Virus record (IMG/VR): IMGVR_UViG_3300037418_003103 | Source of the DNA: a virus | Taxonomy: Duplodnaviria > Heunggongvirae > Uroviricota > Caudoviricetes | Reading direction: 5' to 3' (one strand) | Length of the DNA: 64,000 nt | In this document: positions 38,157-48,083 of the stretch, piece by piece | Layout of the letters: each line of letters opens with the position of its first letter | Numbering within the stretch: position 1 is the first letter of the stretch | Made by a program: the position numbers and the translations under genes | Notes under the pieces: model-generated | The model's database searches: none | Told to the model about the DNA's origin: nothing | Seen by the model: the letters and a program-made list of their open reading frames with translations, nothing else

Positions 38157-40673
38157 TTAATTATTGTTTTCTAATTGTTGTTCTTTCAATCTTTTTGTTG
38201 CTTCAAGCAGGAGGTTAACTCTCTGTTGTTTTGCCTCGTCAGTATTACTAATAAATTGACTGTGACTTACGGGGCCCTTATTACTGCTCATGTCTATATG
38301 AACCCTGGCATTATCAAAAACTATATCTTCGAAAATCATTCCCGATGAGCCAAATCTAGATTTAATAATCGCCATATTTGCTGTTCCATTTTCTTTTTGA
38401 TCAAGTGACTTAGCACCTGAGATAATAAAGTGTCCTATTTGTCCTTTCTTTATAGAACCACCCATTTGGTCTCCCTCAACGATGTTAGATTTTATAGAGC
38501 TTCGGTTACCTTGAGTACAAACCCAACCAGCTATTTGCATTTCGTCAATAAGTGTTTCTATCTCTCTCATTATCATACCCTCACCAACATTAACATCATC
38601 TACCTTTTTAGACGGAATCAAACAATCTACATAATCAATTATAATCATGTCAGGCCTTATACCCTTTGCAATTAGTCTCCTTAAGTATTGTTTAATTATT
38701 GGAACCGTAGTAAATCCGCTTGGAAATTTTTTAAGGATAAGCAATCCTTTTTCTTTCTTCTTTCTTTCAACTATTTCTTTTAACTCATCCTTATGAAGGC
38801 TTAGACTATTCAATTCATAACCTGACCAACAAGCAAGATGTTTCCTTTGAATTACTTTCTCATTATCTTCAAAGAATATCTGAACCACGTTTTTACCAAG
38901 GTTCTTGGCAGTATTAGCAATCTTAGTTGCTAGAGTAGTATTATGGGTGAGAATGAAATCGTCTGTTGCAAATAAACTATCATCGCTATCAACCATTATA
39001 CACGTAGCCTCTTCTTTATGAGAAAACTCAATTGTTTTTATGTACTTATTAAAAGCATATTTTTTACGGTATACAACTCTTTCTAACTTCCTGTTTAATT
39101 TAAATGGGCGAATGCTTTCATCTGAAAAAGACATTGTTATAATATAACATTTTTTCCCTTCTATTTTAATTCCATTGTGTTTATACGTTGGAATCTTATT
39201 TTTAATTTTACAAAAACCTCCAAGAGACAAAACCAATTCCCTAACATCATTACTTAATCTTTCAGATACAGTTGAAAACTGAATCCTACCTGCCTTACTA
39301 CAATATCCGTTAGTATCCATTAACCCCTGTAATAATTCAATCCTATTTTCCACTGAATTATATAAATATTCGGATGGTATAAATTTGTTTCCAGAATTGC
39401 AGCCCATTAGCTCAAGTTCTATTAATTCATTTTTAATTGAATGGATTGAAACTTTTGTTAGGGTACGTTCAACCATAACTAAAACGCCGTTCTCTTCTTT
39501 TTCTATATTTCGTTTTAATTCAGTTACTTTAATAGATTTATTAACTCTTTTTTCTACTTCTCTTATAATTTCTTGATCCTTCGTTACAAAGTTTGGTTGA
39601 GTACCATTCGTGATACATCCATCACCTAATAAAACACCTAATACATAAGGATCAATAACTACCTCTTTAGGTTTAAAATTAACTGGTTTTATAACTGGTA
39701 TCCTATAATTTAAATGTCTACCACCGTCAACACGTAGTTTCTTGCTTATTTCTTCTGTTGATAACACTCTAAACGAGTTATCTTTAGGTAATTTTACTGT
39801 TTTACCATTTATTGTTGTATGTATATTTCGTTGTGACATAGAATTGACAGACCACAGATGTTCTTTACAACAAAATGTGCTTGTTCCATCATTAAATAAT
39901 ACTTTATACATGTCCTTTAAACCTTGCGGATAAACGCCTAAGACATTATGGGCTTCACCATTTGTTCCTATTACAAGATCATTGACCTTAATGTCACTCA
40001 TTAACTTATAACCATCAGGCGTATAAATTCTATTTGAGTTAGCTAAACTTTTGCCCACCCCGTAAGCCATAAGAATAACACCCAATTCTCGTGGTCCTAA
40101 TCCGCCATCCATAACTTCGTCTAAACCTTTAATTCCAGTAGGAATAGGGCTTCTGTAATCATCTGATAATACTTCATCTATATTATCAGTTACATTTACT
40201 CCATCATCTTTAGGTGCACCATGCTCAAGTGCTTTTTTGATTATTTCTTCACACTGATCATAGTCACTAATTTCTCCTTTTTCTATAATTTTTGAAATTA
40301 TAGAGATTGATTTTTTTAATTCTTGCTGCTTACAGAATTTCATCGCAGTATCCTGTACCCATAAAGAATCGTTTAGAGAAACTTCTTTTATTTGTTGCAA
40401 TTTTGAAATAAGAAATTTTCTTTGAATAGTATCTGATGTTCTATCAAGTAGCCTAGCCTCCAAACTTCCCATATCTGGAGTTATTTCGTAAGACGAATAA
40501 GTGTCTTTAATTGTTGCAGAAATTATTCGTAAGTGCTCATCTTCAAAATAATTAGGATCAATAATATCCATTATTGAAGATGAAAATTTTTCGTCTATTA
40601 TTAATTGTGAAATTAATCTTAGTTGAAAGTCATGCCCTAGATAGCCTAGGCTATCTTTGTCTATTTTTGCCAT
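38157..40673 (-). CDS. dnaB: Replicative DNA helicase (DnaB/gp41-like), intein-containing
   Basis: IPTGIKGLD..GG, Walker A GVGK/T split by an intein, IIIDYVD, TQGNR, KSRFG. Confidence 0.92.
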   Translation of the reverse strand: MAKIDKDSLGYLGHDFQLRLISQLIIDEKFSSSIMDIIDPNYFEDEHLRIISATIKDTYSSYEITPDMGSLEARLLDRTSDTIQRKFLISKLQQIKEVSLNDSLWVQDTAMKFCKQQELKKSISIISKIIEKGEISDYDQCEEIIKKALEHGAPKDDGVNVTDNIDEVLSDDYRSPIPTGIKGLDEVMDGGLGPRELGVILMAYGVGKSLANSNRIYTPDGYKLMSDIKVNDLVIGTNGEAHNVLGVYPQGLKDMYKVLFNDGTSTFCCKEHLWSVNSMSQRNIHTTINGKTVKLPKDNSFRVLSTEEISKKLRVDGGRHLNYRIPVIKPVNFKPKEVVIDPYVLGVLLGDGCITNGTQPNFVTKDQEIIREVEKRVNKSIKVTELKRNIEKEENGVLVMVERTLTKVSIHSIKNELIELELMGCNSGNKFIPSEYLYNSVENRIELLQGLMDTNGYCSKAGRIQFSTVSERLSNDVRELVLSLGGFCKIKNKIPTYKHNGIKIEGKKCYIITMSFSDESIRPFKLNRKLERVVYRKKYAFNKYIKTIEFSHKEEATCIMVDSDDSLFATDDFILTHNTTLATKIANTAKNLGKNVVQIFFEDNEKVIQRKHLACWSGYELNSLSLHKDELKEIVERKKKEKGLLILKKFPSGFTTVPIIKQYLRRLIAKGIRPDMIIIDYVDCLIPSKKVDDVNVGEGMIMREIETLIDEMQIAGWVCTQGNRSSIKSNIVEGDQMGGSIKKGQIGHFIISGAKSLDQKENGTANMAIIKSRFGSSGMIFEDIVFDNARVHIDMSSNKGPVSHSQFISNTDEAKQQRVNLLLEATKRLKEQQLENNN
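38940..40049 (-). mobile_element. Intein (370 aa) with LAGLIDADG endonuclease in the DnaB P-loop
   Basis: GVGK|SLANSNRIYTPDG...EHLW...LGVLLGDGC...LLQGLMDTNG...FILTHN|TTLA; residues 209-578; +1 residue is Thr. Confidence 0.93.
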
Positions 40674-40713
40674 TTATTTTATATTTTTTAGTCTTTTAAT
40701 GAATTAAATCATA

Positions 40714-41193
40714 TTACAATTGGTAGTCAGCATATTCATGCGTATACTTTTTAAGACTAAAAAAATATCTTATTTCTGATATAATAGAGGGAATTATTTC
40801 TTTAATATCTACTTGATATCTAACTTTGGTTGGAAACAGATTACCAGAAAAACTGCTCTTAGCTACTGGTTCTTTGTCCACCTTTATTTCAAAGGTAAAA
40901 ATGTCTTCTTTATCAAAATTATTTTTAACTCCAACAAATTCTTGTGGAATGTATGGATTGTATTGACTCCATAAATGGTCAATGGATAATTTTTTTAAGT
41001 GTTTAGGTATGATCCCCATACCACCATACTCGCCATTATTAACACCAGCAATATTATCCATTAAATATTTCAATTCAGACGAATATATTACATCCGAATT
41101 GTAGTCTCTGATGTGAAAGTACCTCTCACAAATAATGTGATTATTAATGTACAACACAAAAGCAAATTTCTGTTCTTCAATTTTCTTGTTCAT
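40714..41193 (-). CDS. Hypothetical protein
   Basis: 159 aa, between the exonuclease and the helicase. Confidence 0.65.
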   Translation of the reverse strand: MNKKIEEQKFAFVLYINNHIICERYFHIRDYNSDVIYSSELKYLMDNIAGVNNGEYGGMGIIPKHLKKLSIDHLWSQYNPYIPQEFVGVKNNFDKEDIFTFEIKVDKEPVAKSSFSGNLFPTKVRYQVDIKEIIPSIISEIRYFFSLKKYTHEYADYQL

Positions 41194-42238
41194 AGGTTTT
41201 TTCTCTTTCTGTTAGTTTTTTGAATGGTAGCAGGAATTCAGGGTATCTATTAGCTCCAATCATGTGCTCTAATCCATCTTTTTTCATCAGAGTCATTACA
41301 TTTTTAAGGCTTCTATCATCTATACCCATTTCACCTTCCATAAGTAGGCTTATTTCGGCTATTCCATCTTCTGTTAGAAGTGGTCGCTTTAAGTCTACCA
41401 ATCTTGAGTTTATCTCATAGATTTTTTTACCCTGGACGCCATCTGTTACCGATTCAATTATGTTTGTTAGTTTTTGTAGTGGCTTTTTATTCTCTTTAAT
41501 TCTATTATCTTGTAATTCTTTAGCTTTGGTTAAAATATCATCAATAGTTAATCTATGTTCTTTCAATTCAGGGAAGAGAGATAGTAGAGTTTGTTCCTTA
41601 ACGCCTTTGATTCCCTTTATACTATCACTGTTGTCTCCTGTGATAGTTTTTATCAACACTGAATTGCTGTTATGATGACTAAAATACTCAAAATAATTGC
41701 TTGTTCCAACATAATTCTTTAAATCACAAAAATAAATTCTTACATTCTCTTCAATTAGCTGACACATATCCCTATCATTGGAACAAATGGTAATTTTTTC
41801 GTATGGTTTTCGCATTAAGCAGCAATAAGCAATGAAGTCATCAGCTTCAATAATTGGGTGCATTAATTGGCGTATGGATAACTCCTCCATATACTGCCTA
41901 ACCATGGCCTTCTGTCTTACTTCGTCTTCGTCAACTGGCTGTGTACCATTGAGGTAATCCTTACCTCTTGAGCTCTTGTAAGGAGAGTAGAGTTCGTAGC
42001 GTAATTTACCACTGAACTTACCATCCCAGAAGACATATACCCGATGATATATATCCTCAGTTAGTAATTTTCTCAAAACAGTTAGAAATTGGTAAACACC
42101 TCCTATATTTTCGCCATGATGATTGTAAGCGTCGCGGGCGCCGAAGAACCCTGTCTTAAACAGACTATTGCCATCTACAAGGAGTGTGTTTTCTGCTTTA
42201 ATTCTTGTTTCGCCATTACGTGGTGGCCTTTTGTTCAA
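41177..42238 (-). CDS. 5'-3' exonuclease / flap endonuclease (T4 RNase H-like)
   Basis: LLVDGNSL, VFWDG, YKSSR, EADDFIA, SNDRD, GDNSDSIKGIKGV. Confidence 0.92.
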   Translation of the reverse strand: MNKRPPRNGETRIKAENTLLVDGNSLFKTGFFGARDAYNHHGENIGGVYQFLTVLRKLLTEDIYHRVYVFWDGKFSGKLRYELYSPYKSSRGKDYLNGTQPVDEDEVRQKAMVRQYMEELSIRQLMHPIIEADDFIAYCCLMRKPYEKITICSNDRDMCQLIEENVRIYFCDLKNYVGTSNYFEYFSHHNSNSVLIKTITGDNSDSIKGIKGVKEQTLLSLFPELKEHRLTIDDILTKAKELQDNRIKENKKPLQKLTNIIESVTDGVQGKKIYEINSRLVDLKRPLLTEDGIAEISLLMEGEMGIDDRSLKNVMTLMKKDGLEHMIGANRYPEFLLPFKKLTEREKTYEQEN

Positions 42239-42265
42239 CTTATTCCTTTTATTAGGTTAAAAATA

Positions 42266-43375
42266 TTAAATATCTTCCCGATTTGTTATATCGCCTTCTA
42301 TTGTTCCTTCTTCAGTAGTGAAATTCAGTTCGGTATCGTATGCTACATTAAGCGCATCATGGATGAATTGCCTATTTTGTTTCTTATATTCAGATAGTTC
42401 AGCAGGATTAACATATCCATGTGGTGTTGATGCTATTTCTCCGTTTCTTTCTATACCAGTAACATGATTTTTTTCACATCTTATTTTTACCTGAGTTCCA
42501 TATTGAAACTTCTGACCTAATGCTTCTGCATTTAATTTTGTTGTTCCATGAGTAAGTATTCCACCCATATGAACAATTATTCTTGAGTTAAAGAAAAAGA
42601 ACTCTCCACCTTTATGCTTAATTACCATTCCATTCATGCTATCAAGCCAAATTTTCTGAACCGCAATAAAGGTATTAGTGTAGGAAGAAGTAAGTGACCT
42701 TGAGCTAGGTACTTTAAAATTGACAATACCCTGGAAAACACCCATAGCACCTGCATTCCACATATTATTGCTTGCATTTGAAACAGCAGACTTGTAACAA
42801 TTAAGTGTTCCGATTGAATCCCAAAGGAAACACAGATCCCTTTGTAACACACCTTCTTCTTGTTTTTTAATCAAGTCACTAATATATAAAGCAACATCCT
42901 CAATAACTGGCTCGCCTCTTGTCGGTGATGCTGTCCATTTAGACGTACTATGATCATAATTTTTATACCTATCGTATAAATCATGATTTCTAATTAGAAT
43001 AAATCCGTCAGGTACCTCTTTTACTTCTCCTGTTTTTTCGTCTGTAATTGTTAAAAACTTGACGCCAACCTTTTTTGCGTGATCAGCATTCCAGTTTCCT
43101 TCTGTTTCAAACACAACTGGAAGATCTCCAACTTTTTGAGCGCCAGCTATTGCTTCATAAAAAGCTGTTGATTTACCCGTATTGCTGTATCCTCTTACAA
43201 GACTTACAAATCCACGAGGAAATCCTGGTAATTTTAAGGCGTCATGCCATGCTTTAGACAGCGGTATCCATGTTAATTCTTTATCTTCTGGCTCTTTATT
43301 CATCCCTTCTGTTTTCATGAAAGCATTTAGATCAAAGTCTTTTTTTTCAATTATTTTTTTTGGTTTAGAAGCCAT
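42266..43375 (-). CDS. recA: RecA/UvsX-like recombinase
   Basis: Walker A GYSNTGKST, FETEG, Walker B FLWDSIG, KGG, KNH. Confidence 0.82.
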   Translation of the reverse strand: MASKPKKIIEKKDFDLNAFMKTEGMNKEPEDKELTWIPLSKAWHDALKLPGFPRGFVSLVRGYSNTGKSTAFYEAIAGAQKVGDLPVVFETEGNWNADHAKKVGVKFLTITDEKTGEVKEVPDGFILIRNHDLYDRYKNYDHSTSKWTASPTRGEPVIEDVALYISDLIKKQEEGVLQRDLCFLWDSIGTLNCYKSAVSNASNNMWNAGAMGVFQGIVNFKVPSSRSLTSSYTNTFIAVQKIWLDSMNGMVIKHKGGEFFFFNSRIIVHMGGILTHGTTKLNAEALGQKFQYGTQVKIRCEKNHVTGIERNGEIASTPHGYVNPAELSEYKKQNRQFIHDALNVAYDTELNFTTEEGTIEGDITNREDI

Positions 43376-43394
43376 TATATTTTTATTTTAGAGT

Positions 43395-43429
43395 AAAAAA
43401 ATCCCACCACTTTTTGGGGGTGGGATTTT
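43395..43429 (-). terminator. Intrinsic terminator after the SSB gene
   Basis: AAAATCCCACC...GGTGGGATTTT hairpin followed by a U-tract on the minus strand. Confidence 0.8.
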
Positions 43430-43456
43430 AATTGTTATTTTTAATTACGTTCAGTT

Positions 43457-44353
43457 TTAGAATGGAAGATCATCGATTTCTTCTTGGCTGATAGTGGGTG
43501 TATAAATAGGTTGTGAAGCGGCTTGAATGTTAGGTTTAACATTAGCAACGCCAATGCTTAATTCTGCATCCAAATTATCACTTTTAATTTCTTTTGTTGC
43601 TTTTTTATCAACAAATTTTGATTGTTCCTTATCCCAATAAGGCACACCACCCTTAACAATAATTTCCAAATAATCATATGGCTTAATGCTATAAACATCC
43701 TGCCATGTCATTGGGTCATTTATCCATTCTTGGGCTTGTGCTGGATCAGCACTTAGAGGTGATGGATCAAAAGCAGCTATTTGCTGAACGAAAGGCCTTT
43801 TGTTTTGATCTCTAGCAATTGAGACTGATAAATCACGACCTTTTTCAGCACTTGTGATGTCTCTGGCCACACGCATTACACCAATGATTTTATCAAAAAT
43901 ACCTTGTTTACGATAATCATGATTAAATCTCCAGAATTTAGGGCCATCTTCTTCGTGATCACGGTCAATAACCTTAACAATATACATCTTTTTTTGTCCG
44001 TAACCATTAGCTAATTTTTTATCGCTTTCATTACCTGTTGCAAGTAACACTTGGCGCGCTTCACAAAAAGGACAATCAGTATCCTTTTCTGCCTTTAAAC
44101 ACGCGAATGTTTTCCATTGTCCCTCAACCTGGATCTTATGACCAATCATTTCAACCAATGGGGTTGACCCGTCTTCAGTTGGGATAATTCTGATGGTTTT
44201 TTGCGCTTCATTTTCTTTGGCTTCTAAGAATGTTCCAAAGTAATGTTTCTCGTCGTAGGCGACGGCATTTTCTTTTTTTGTGTAAGAATTTTTGCTGTTT
44301 TTTTCATATTGGGCTAGCATTTCAGCCACAACGTCTTTTTTTGTTGTTTCCAT
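43457..44353 (-). CDS. Single-stranded DNA-binding protein, T4 gp32-like
   Basis: TIRIIP, H..C..CPFCE Zn site, VIDRD..GPKFW, GRDL, and acidic tail EEIDDLPF. Confidence 0.85.
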   Translation of the reverse strand: METTKKDVVAEMLAQYEKNSKNSYTKKENAVAYDEKHYFGTFLEAKENEAQKTIRIIPTEDGSTPLVEMIGHKIQVEGQWKTFACLKAEKDTDCPFCEARQVLLATGNESDKKLANGYGQKKMYIVKVIDRDHEEDGPKFWRFNHDYRKQGIFDKIIGVMRVARDITSAEKGRDLSVSIARDQNKRPFVQQIAAFDPSPLSADPAQAQEWINDPMTWQDVYSIKPYDYLEIIVKGGVPYWDKEQSKFVDKKATKEIKSDNLDAELSIGVANVKPNIQAASQPIYTPTISQEEIDDLPF

Positions 44354-44549
44354 GTTTGTTTTTAATTATAATTTTTAACTATACACTATGTGTTATGTTG
44401 CCTTTGTAAAATGTTTATATTAATATAATAAAGAAAATTTAAAAATCAATTCTTTTTATACATTTTGTGTGGGAATTTTTATTTCTCATAGGTAAAACAA
44501 ACCTACTAAGATTATATCCAAAACACAACTTTTAAAAGAAAAAAATTTC

Positions 44550-44993
44550 TTAGTTTGAATAAATTAAATGTCCCAGCCAAACGAAAAAATCAGATATAGG
44601 ATACTTTATAGAGGTAAATTTTATAATGAGCGAAATGAATAACAATGCTCCCATACAATACCATTTATATTTCCCGAAATTCTTATCAAGGGTTGATGTT
44701 GTTCCATTATAAAAAGTGGATACATGCAAAGCAACTTTGTTGACACCTATTTCAAACCCTGGAATGCAAATAGCGGCAGCAAGTAGCACATCATACCACT
44801 CTTGCTTCCCAATCATCAAGGCGATCAGAAATGGTGTACTTCTTTGGAAAGCGCCGTATCCATGCCACCTACTCCTGGCGTGAGCCCAACCTGCTTTTTC
44901 ATCATCGAATTGTTTTTCTGTATACAATACTGAGGCTGCAGTAAATGCAAATGTTATTAAATAAAATAATACTGTTTGGGAGATTTCTGACAT
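44550..44993 (-). CDS. Hypothetical membrane protein
   Basis: Several hydrophobic segments. Confidence 0.6.
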   Translation of the reverse strand: MSEISQTVLFYLITFAFTAASVLYTEKQFDDEKAGWAHARSRWHGYGAFQRSTPFLIALMIGKQEWYDVLLAAAICIPGFEIGVNKVALHVSTFYNGTTSTLDKNFGKYKWYCMGALLFISLIIKFTSIKYPISDFFVWLGHLIYSN

Positions 44994-45013
44994 TTAGTTT
45001 TGGTTTAACTTAT

Positions 45014-45337
45014 TTAGTTTATTGTGTCTACTATTAGATTAATGTACTTTTTAGCATTCAAAAGATGACGGCTTAGTTTATTGTCTTCTACTTCATTGAG
45101 GCGTTTATAAGTGAAATAGAATTGGTCTAACATATCTAGTTCGGCTTCTTCAATTGTAGCGCCTTGGGCATAAATATCAAGAAGTTCATTTTCAATGGAG
45201 TAGTATTTATTTTTTACTTCCTCCAGATTAAAATACAAGTCTCCGTTTTTATTATATATCCTCTTCCTCATATTCATCTGAATCTGCATCAAACGATTTA
45301 CCAATGTTTGTTTCAATGTAATCGTTATCAACATCAT
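45014..45337 (-). CDS. HicB-like domain protein (true start probably later, about 45271)
   Basis: LLDIYAQGATIEEAELDM matches the HicB N-domain signature (x-Q-G-x-T-x-E-E-A). Confidence 0.55.
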   Translation of the reverse strand: MMLITITLKQTLVNRLMQIQMNMRKRIYNKNGDLYFNLEEVKNKYYSIENELLDIYAQGATIEEAELDMLDQFYFTYKRLNEVEDNKLSRHLLNAKKYINLIVDTIN

Positions 45338-45989
45338 CTTGAGTTAAAATGTATTCCTCTGGTTTATCGTTAATAACGTCATATTGACCCTCTTTTTCAC
45401 TCCAAAAATCTGTTAGTTTTATATTATATGGATAAGAAGATAACGATCTCATTTCTAATTTTTCAACTGGCGTTGGATTTCTCTTTATAACTTCTTTCTC
45501 TAAAGCATCGATCTTATCACTTAATTCAGACATTGAGCTAACTCTGTGTTCTAATTCGCCAAATTTACTCAGCAGCTCACTTGTTTTATGGTCTGCTGAT
45601 TCTGCTGCTTCTTTAGCTTCTTCACTTCCTTGAACCAGGGACGTTACGTCAATATCAACTTCATCACTTGCAGGCGCTTCAGTGGGCGCTGGTGCAGCAG
45701 AAGCATCGGATGGCACGGGAGTATTTGCCTGAGAATCGGCGTTTGTTGCGTCAAGTGGTGCCTCAGGTGAGTCCTGTGGTGTTTCACCTCCGTTAGATGT
45801 TTTTGAATCATCAACTCCTAATTCAGCACCAACCTCTTGCGTTGCAGAGTCAATATCTGAATTATCGCCCGATTCATCTTCATCGTCTTCGTCAATATTA
45901 TTAGGCTCACCTGTATAGAAGCTATATTCAGAAATCATCCTAAATTTCTTTAATTCTTCTGCGAGCAATTGCTTGTTTAGTTTTTTCAT
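45252..45989 (-). CDS. Acidic low-complexity protein (possible scaffold/head-internal protein)
   Basis: LLAEELKKFRMISEY N-terminus, D/E/P/A-rich linker, coiled-coil, PTPVEKLEMRSLSSYPY. Confidence 0.65.
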   Translation of the reverse strand: MKKLNKQLLAEELKKFRMISEYSFYTGEPNNIDEDDEDESGDNSDIDSATQEVGAELGVDDSKTSNGGETPQDSPEAPLDATNADSQANTPVPSDASAAPAPTEAPASDEVDIDVTSLVQGSEEAKEAAESADHKTSELLSKFGELEHRVSSMSELSDKIDALEKEVIKRNPTPVEKLEMRSLSSYPYNIKLTDFWSEKEGQYDVINDKPEEYILTQDDVDNDYIETNIGKSFDADSDEYEEEDI

Positions 45990-45993
45990 GGAT

Positions 45994-46167
45994 TTAAAAT
46001 AACAATTGTCTTCCGTCTTCTACGATTATTTTTTTATTTATGCGCTCAAGTAAACTTTTATCTGTTTTTATTTTGCATTCTTCAGAAGTACAAGTTTCCT
46101 CAGTCTCTTGATTGGTTTCGTCGATAAACTTATTAAGGACGACATCTAATTTTTTTTCTTTTTCCAT
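45994..46167 (-). CDS. Small hypothetical protein (57 aa; missing from ORF track)
   Basis: MEKEKKLDVVLNKFIDETNQETEETCTSEECKIKTDKSLLERINKKIIVEDGRQLLF; preceded by GATATTTAT. Confidence 0.7.
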   Translation of the reverse strand: MEKEKKLDVVLNKFIDETNQETEETCTSEECKIKTDKSLLERINKKIIVEDGRQLLF

Positions 46168-46229
46168 TTAAATTGTTTTACAACTATAAATAAATATCTT
46201 AGATGTATAAAAAGTCCAGATAATAACAT

Positions 46230-46258
46230 AAAAAAAAGGATTCCTGTGGGAATCCTTT
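46230..46258 (-). terminator. Intrinsic terminator
   Basis: AAAGGATTCC-tgt-GGGAATCCTTT with a 5' A-run (U-tract on the minus strand). Confidence 0.75.
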
Positions 46259-46319
46259 ATCTATGTTTAGTTACATTACTTAACGTAAGAGGCTTCACTA
46301 AACCTATATATTTAATTAA

Positions 46320-46916
46320 TTATTCTTGATTAAGAGAATATAGGAATGGAAGATATCGTAAACTATCATTGATCCTATCAAGATGTTTCTTATATTCTTT
46401 TTTTATTTCATCGCCAGAAAGAATAATGATACTCTTTTTTTTAATTTTTTCTAAAACTTTAATATGATTTAATTTCATATATTTTAATAAAAATAAATCA
46501 ATGCCTAATATTATATTATTAGAATAAACATAATACATATCATTATCCTCAAATGTATAAATTTTATTAAATGAATAAAATTTTCGAATACATTTTTTTA
46601 TCATTTTTTGTGAAAAATGAATTGGGTCTACAAAAATATATTCAATTTTTGATATTAACTCTTGATAGCAATAATTAATAAAAAAGAATAAATCCTCTTC
46701 ATGTGAGTCTCTTTTTTCCGATCTTTTAAATGTCCAGAATAATCTATTAGATATTTTTCTATTAGTTATGTCATAGTCAGGATATTTTTTTTCAACAAAA
46801 TCCCATCCAACAATTAATGTTGGGAAATTGTTATCTATTTCATCAATAGACTCAACAATGTTTAATTCAGTCGGCGCAATTATTTTACTTTCTGAAACTA
46901 TGTTGCCTATAATCAT
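46320..46916 (-). CDS. Hypothetical protein
   Basis: 198 aa; preceded by TTTG-N20-TATATTCG (46934-46965). Confidence 0.65.
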   Translation of the reverse strand: MIIGNIVSESKIIAPTELNIVESIDEIDNNFPTLIVGWDFVEKKYPDYDITNRKISNRLFWTFKRSEKRDSHEEDLFFFINYCYQELISKIEYIFVDPIHFSQKMIKKCIRKFYSFNKIYTFEDNDMYYVYSNNIILGIDLFLLKYMKLNHIKVLEKIKKKSIIILSGDEIKKEYKKHLDRINDSLRYLPFLYSLNQE

Positions 46917-46985
46917 TGTATTAAATTAAAAAGCGAATATAACATTTTTTATTAACAACCTCAAATATACTTAAAATATATTTGT

Positions 46986-48083
46986 TCACCAATACAAATC
47001 GCTATTAGGATCATTAAAATTGTCATAATAACTTTTGGCTTTTTCGCTTCTATTTGCTTGATGAAAAGTAGATTCACTTTTATATTTATCAAATCCTTGG
47101 TTACATCCGTAACACACCTCAAAATAACGCGCAAAGTTATATGCTGCCTTATAGGCACTTGTATCCGAATCACTTGATGCATACTTAATAAAAGTATCAA
47201 AATTAGGAGTCGTTAATAAATACTCTAATTGACTCTCAACAGTGCTACCTACCTTACTTAGGTCATACGATCCTTCGTTAAATTGGAGAAGACCGTAATC
47301 CCTAAGACCATTTGTGTCCTTTTGATTAACAATATTTGGGTTAAAGCTTCCGCCCGTTTCTTGGTCTATATTTCCCATAATGCCTGCCGTTAAGTTTTTA
47401 TTTAGTCCTTTTGCTTTAAAAAAATTTTTTACTCGTTTTTTATTTTCAACTGTCTCCGCACTTGTTAACTTTGCTTCTTTTAAGATTAACAAAATACCGT
47501 CACGCGATTTAAATTGTAACTTCTGTCCTTTATAGTATGCATTTCCAGTTTTTTTAACAAGTAGTTTATAATCCTTTGTATCAACTGAATCGTCTATATA
47601 ACCACCATTTGTTTTCATATCAAAAACTCTAACAGTATTGCTAACATTACCTCCGATTAAACTAGCAACATTACCAGTCACCTTGTAAATAAGATCTCCA
47701 TGCGAAGATATATAGTCTCCATCTCTACTCATAATTAAAATATCACCAACCTCAGCCTTGATTCCAAACCCAGCCTTTAAAGGAAATAGCTCATAGCCCT
47801 TCTCACCATTAAGAGCTGATGTAGCATAATCGTGGTGAGAGGCGCTTTTAGGAAAATCTGCATCGCCTCTAAGCATAAGATATGATACAAATACTGCACT
47901 CCATGGATCTTTATAACTTGCAATGCCAGGAACTTCTTTACGGTATTTATCTATAATTTCAGTGCCTTCAGCCTCCTTTATTTTTCCGTTATTCCAAACC
48001 TTAAACTCAGATTCAGCGGCTTTGGTGAGAGATATTGGATGTGGAAGAGTACTTCCCTCTATATTAATTGAATAATTGGGCAT
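46986..48083 (-). CDS. Virion-associated peptidoglycan hydrolase: DUF2272/CHAP-like domain + phage tail lysozyme domain
   Basis: PWSAVFVSY..SASHHDY..VGDIL..SHGDLI..IGGNVSNTV, then AGIMGNIDQETGGSFNP..YGLLQF..QLEYL..FARYFE. Confidence 0.78.
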   Translation of the reverse strand: MPNYSINIEGSTLPHPISLTKAAESEFKVWNNGKIKEAEGTEIIDKYRKEVPGIASYKDPWSAVFVSYLMLRGDADFPKSASHHDYATSALNGEKGYELFPLKAGFGIKAEVGDILIMSRDGDYISSHGDLIYKVTGNVASLIGGNVSNTVRVFDMKTNGGYIDDSVDTKDYKLLVKKTGNAYYKGQKLQFKSRDGILLILKEAKLTSAETVENKKRVKNFFKAKGLNKNLTAGIMGNIDQETGGSFNPNIVNQKDTNGLRDYGLLQFNEGSYDLSKVGSTVESQLEYLLTTPNFDTFIKYASSDSDTSAYKAAYNFARYFEVCYGCNQGFDKYKSESTFHQANRSEKAKSYYDNFNDPNSDLYW

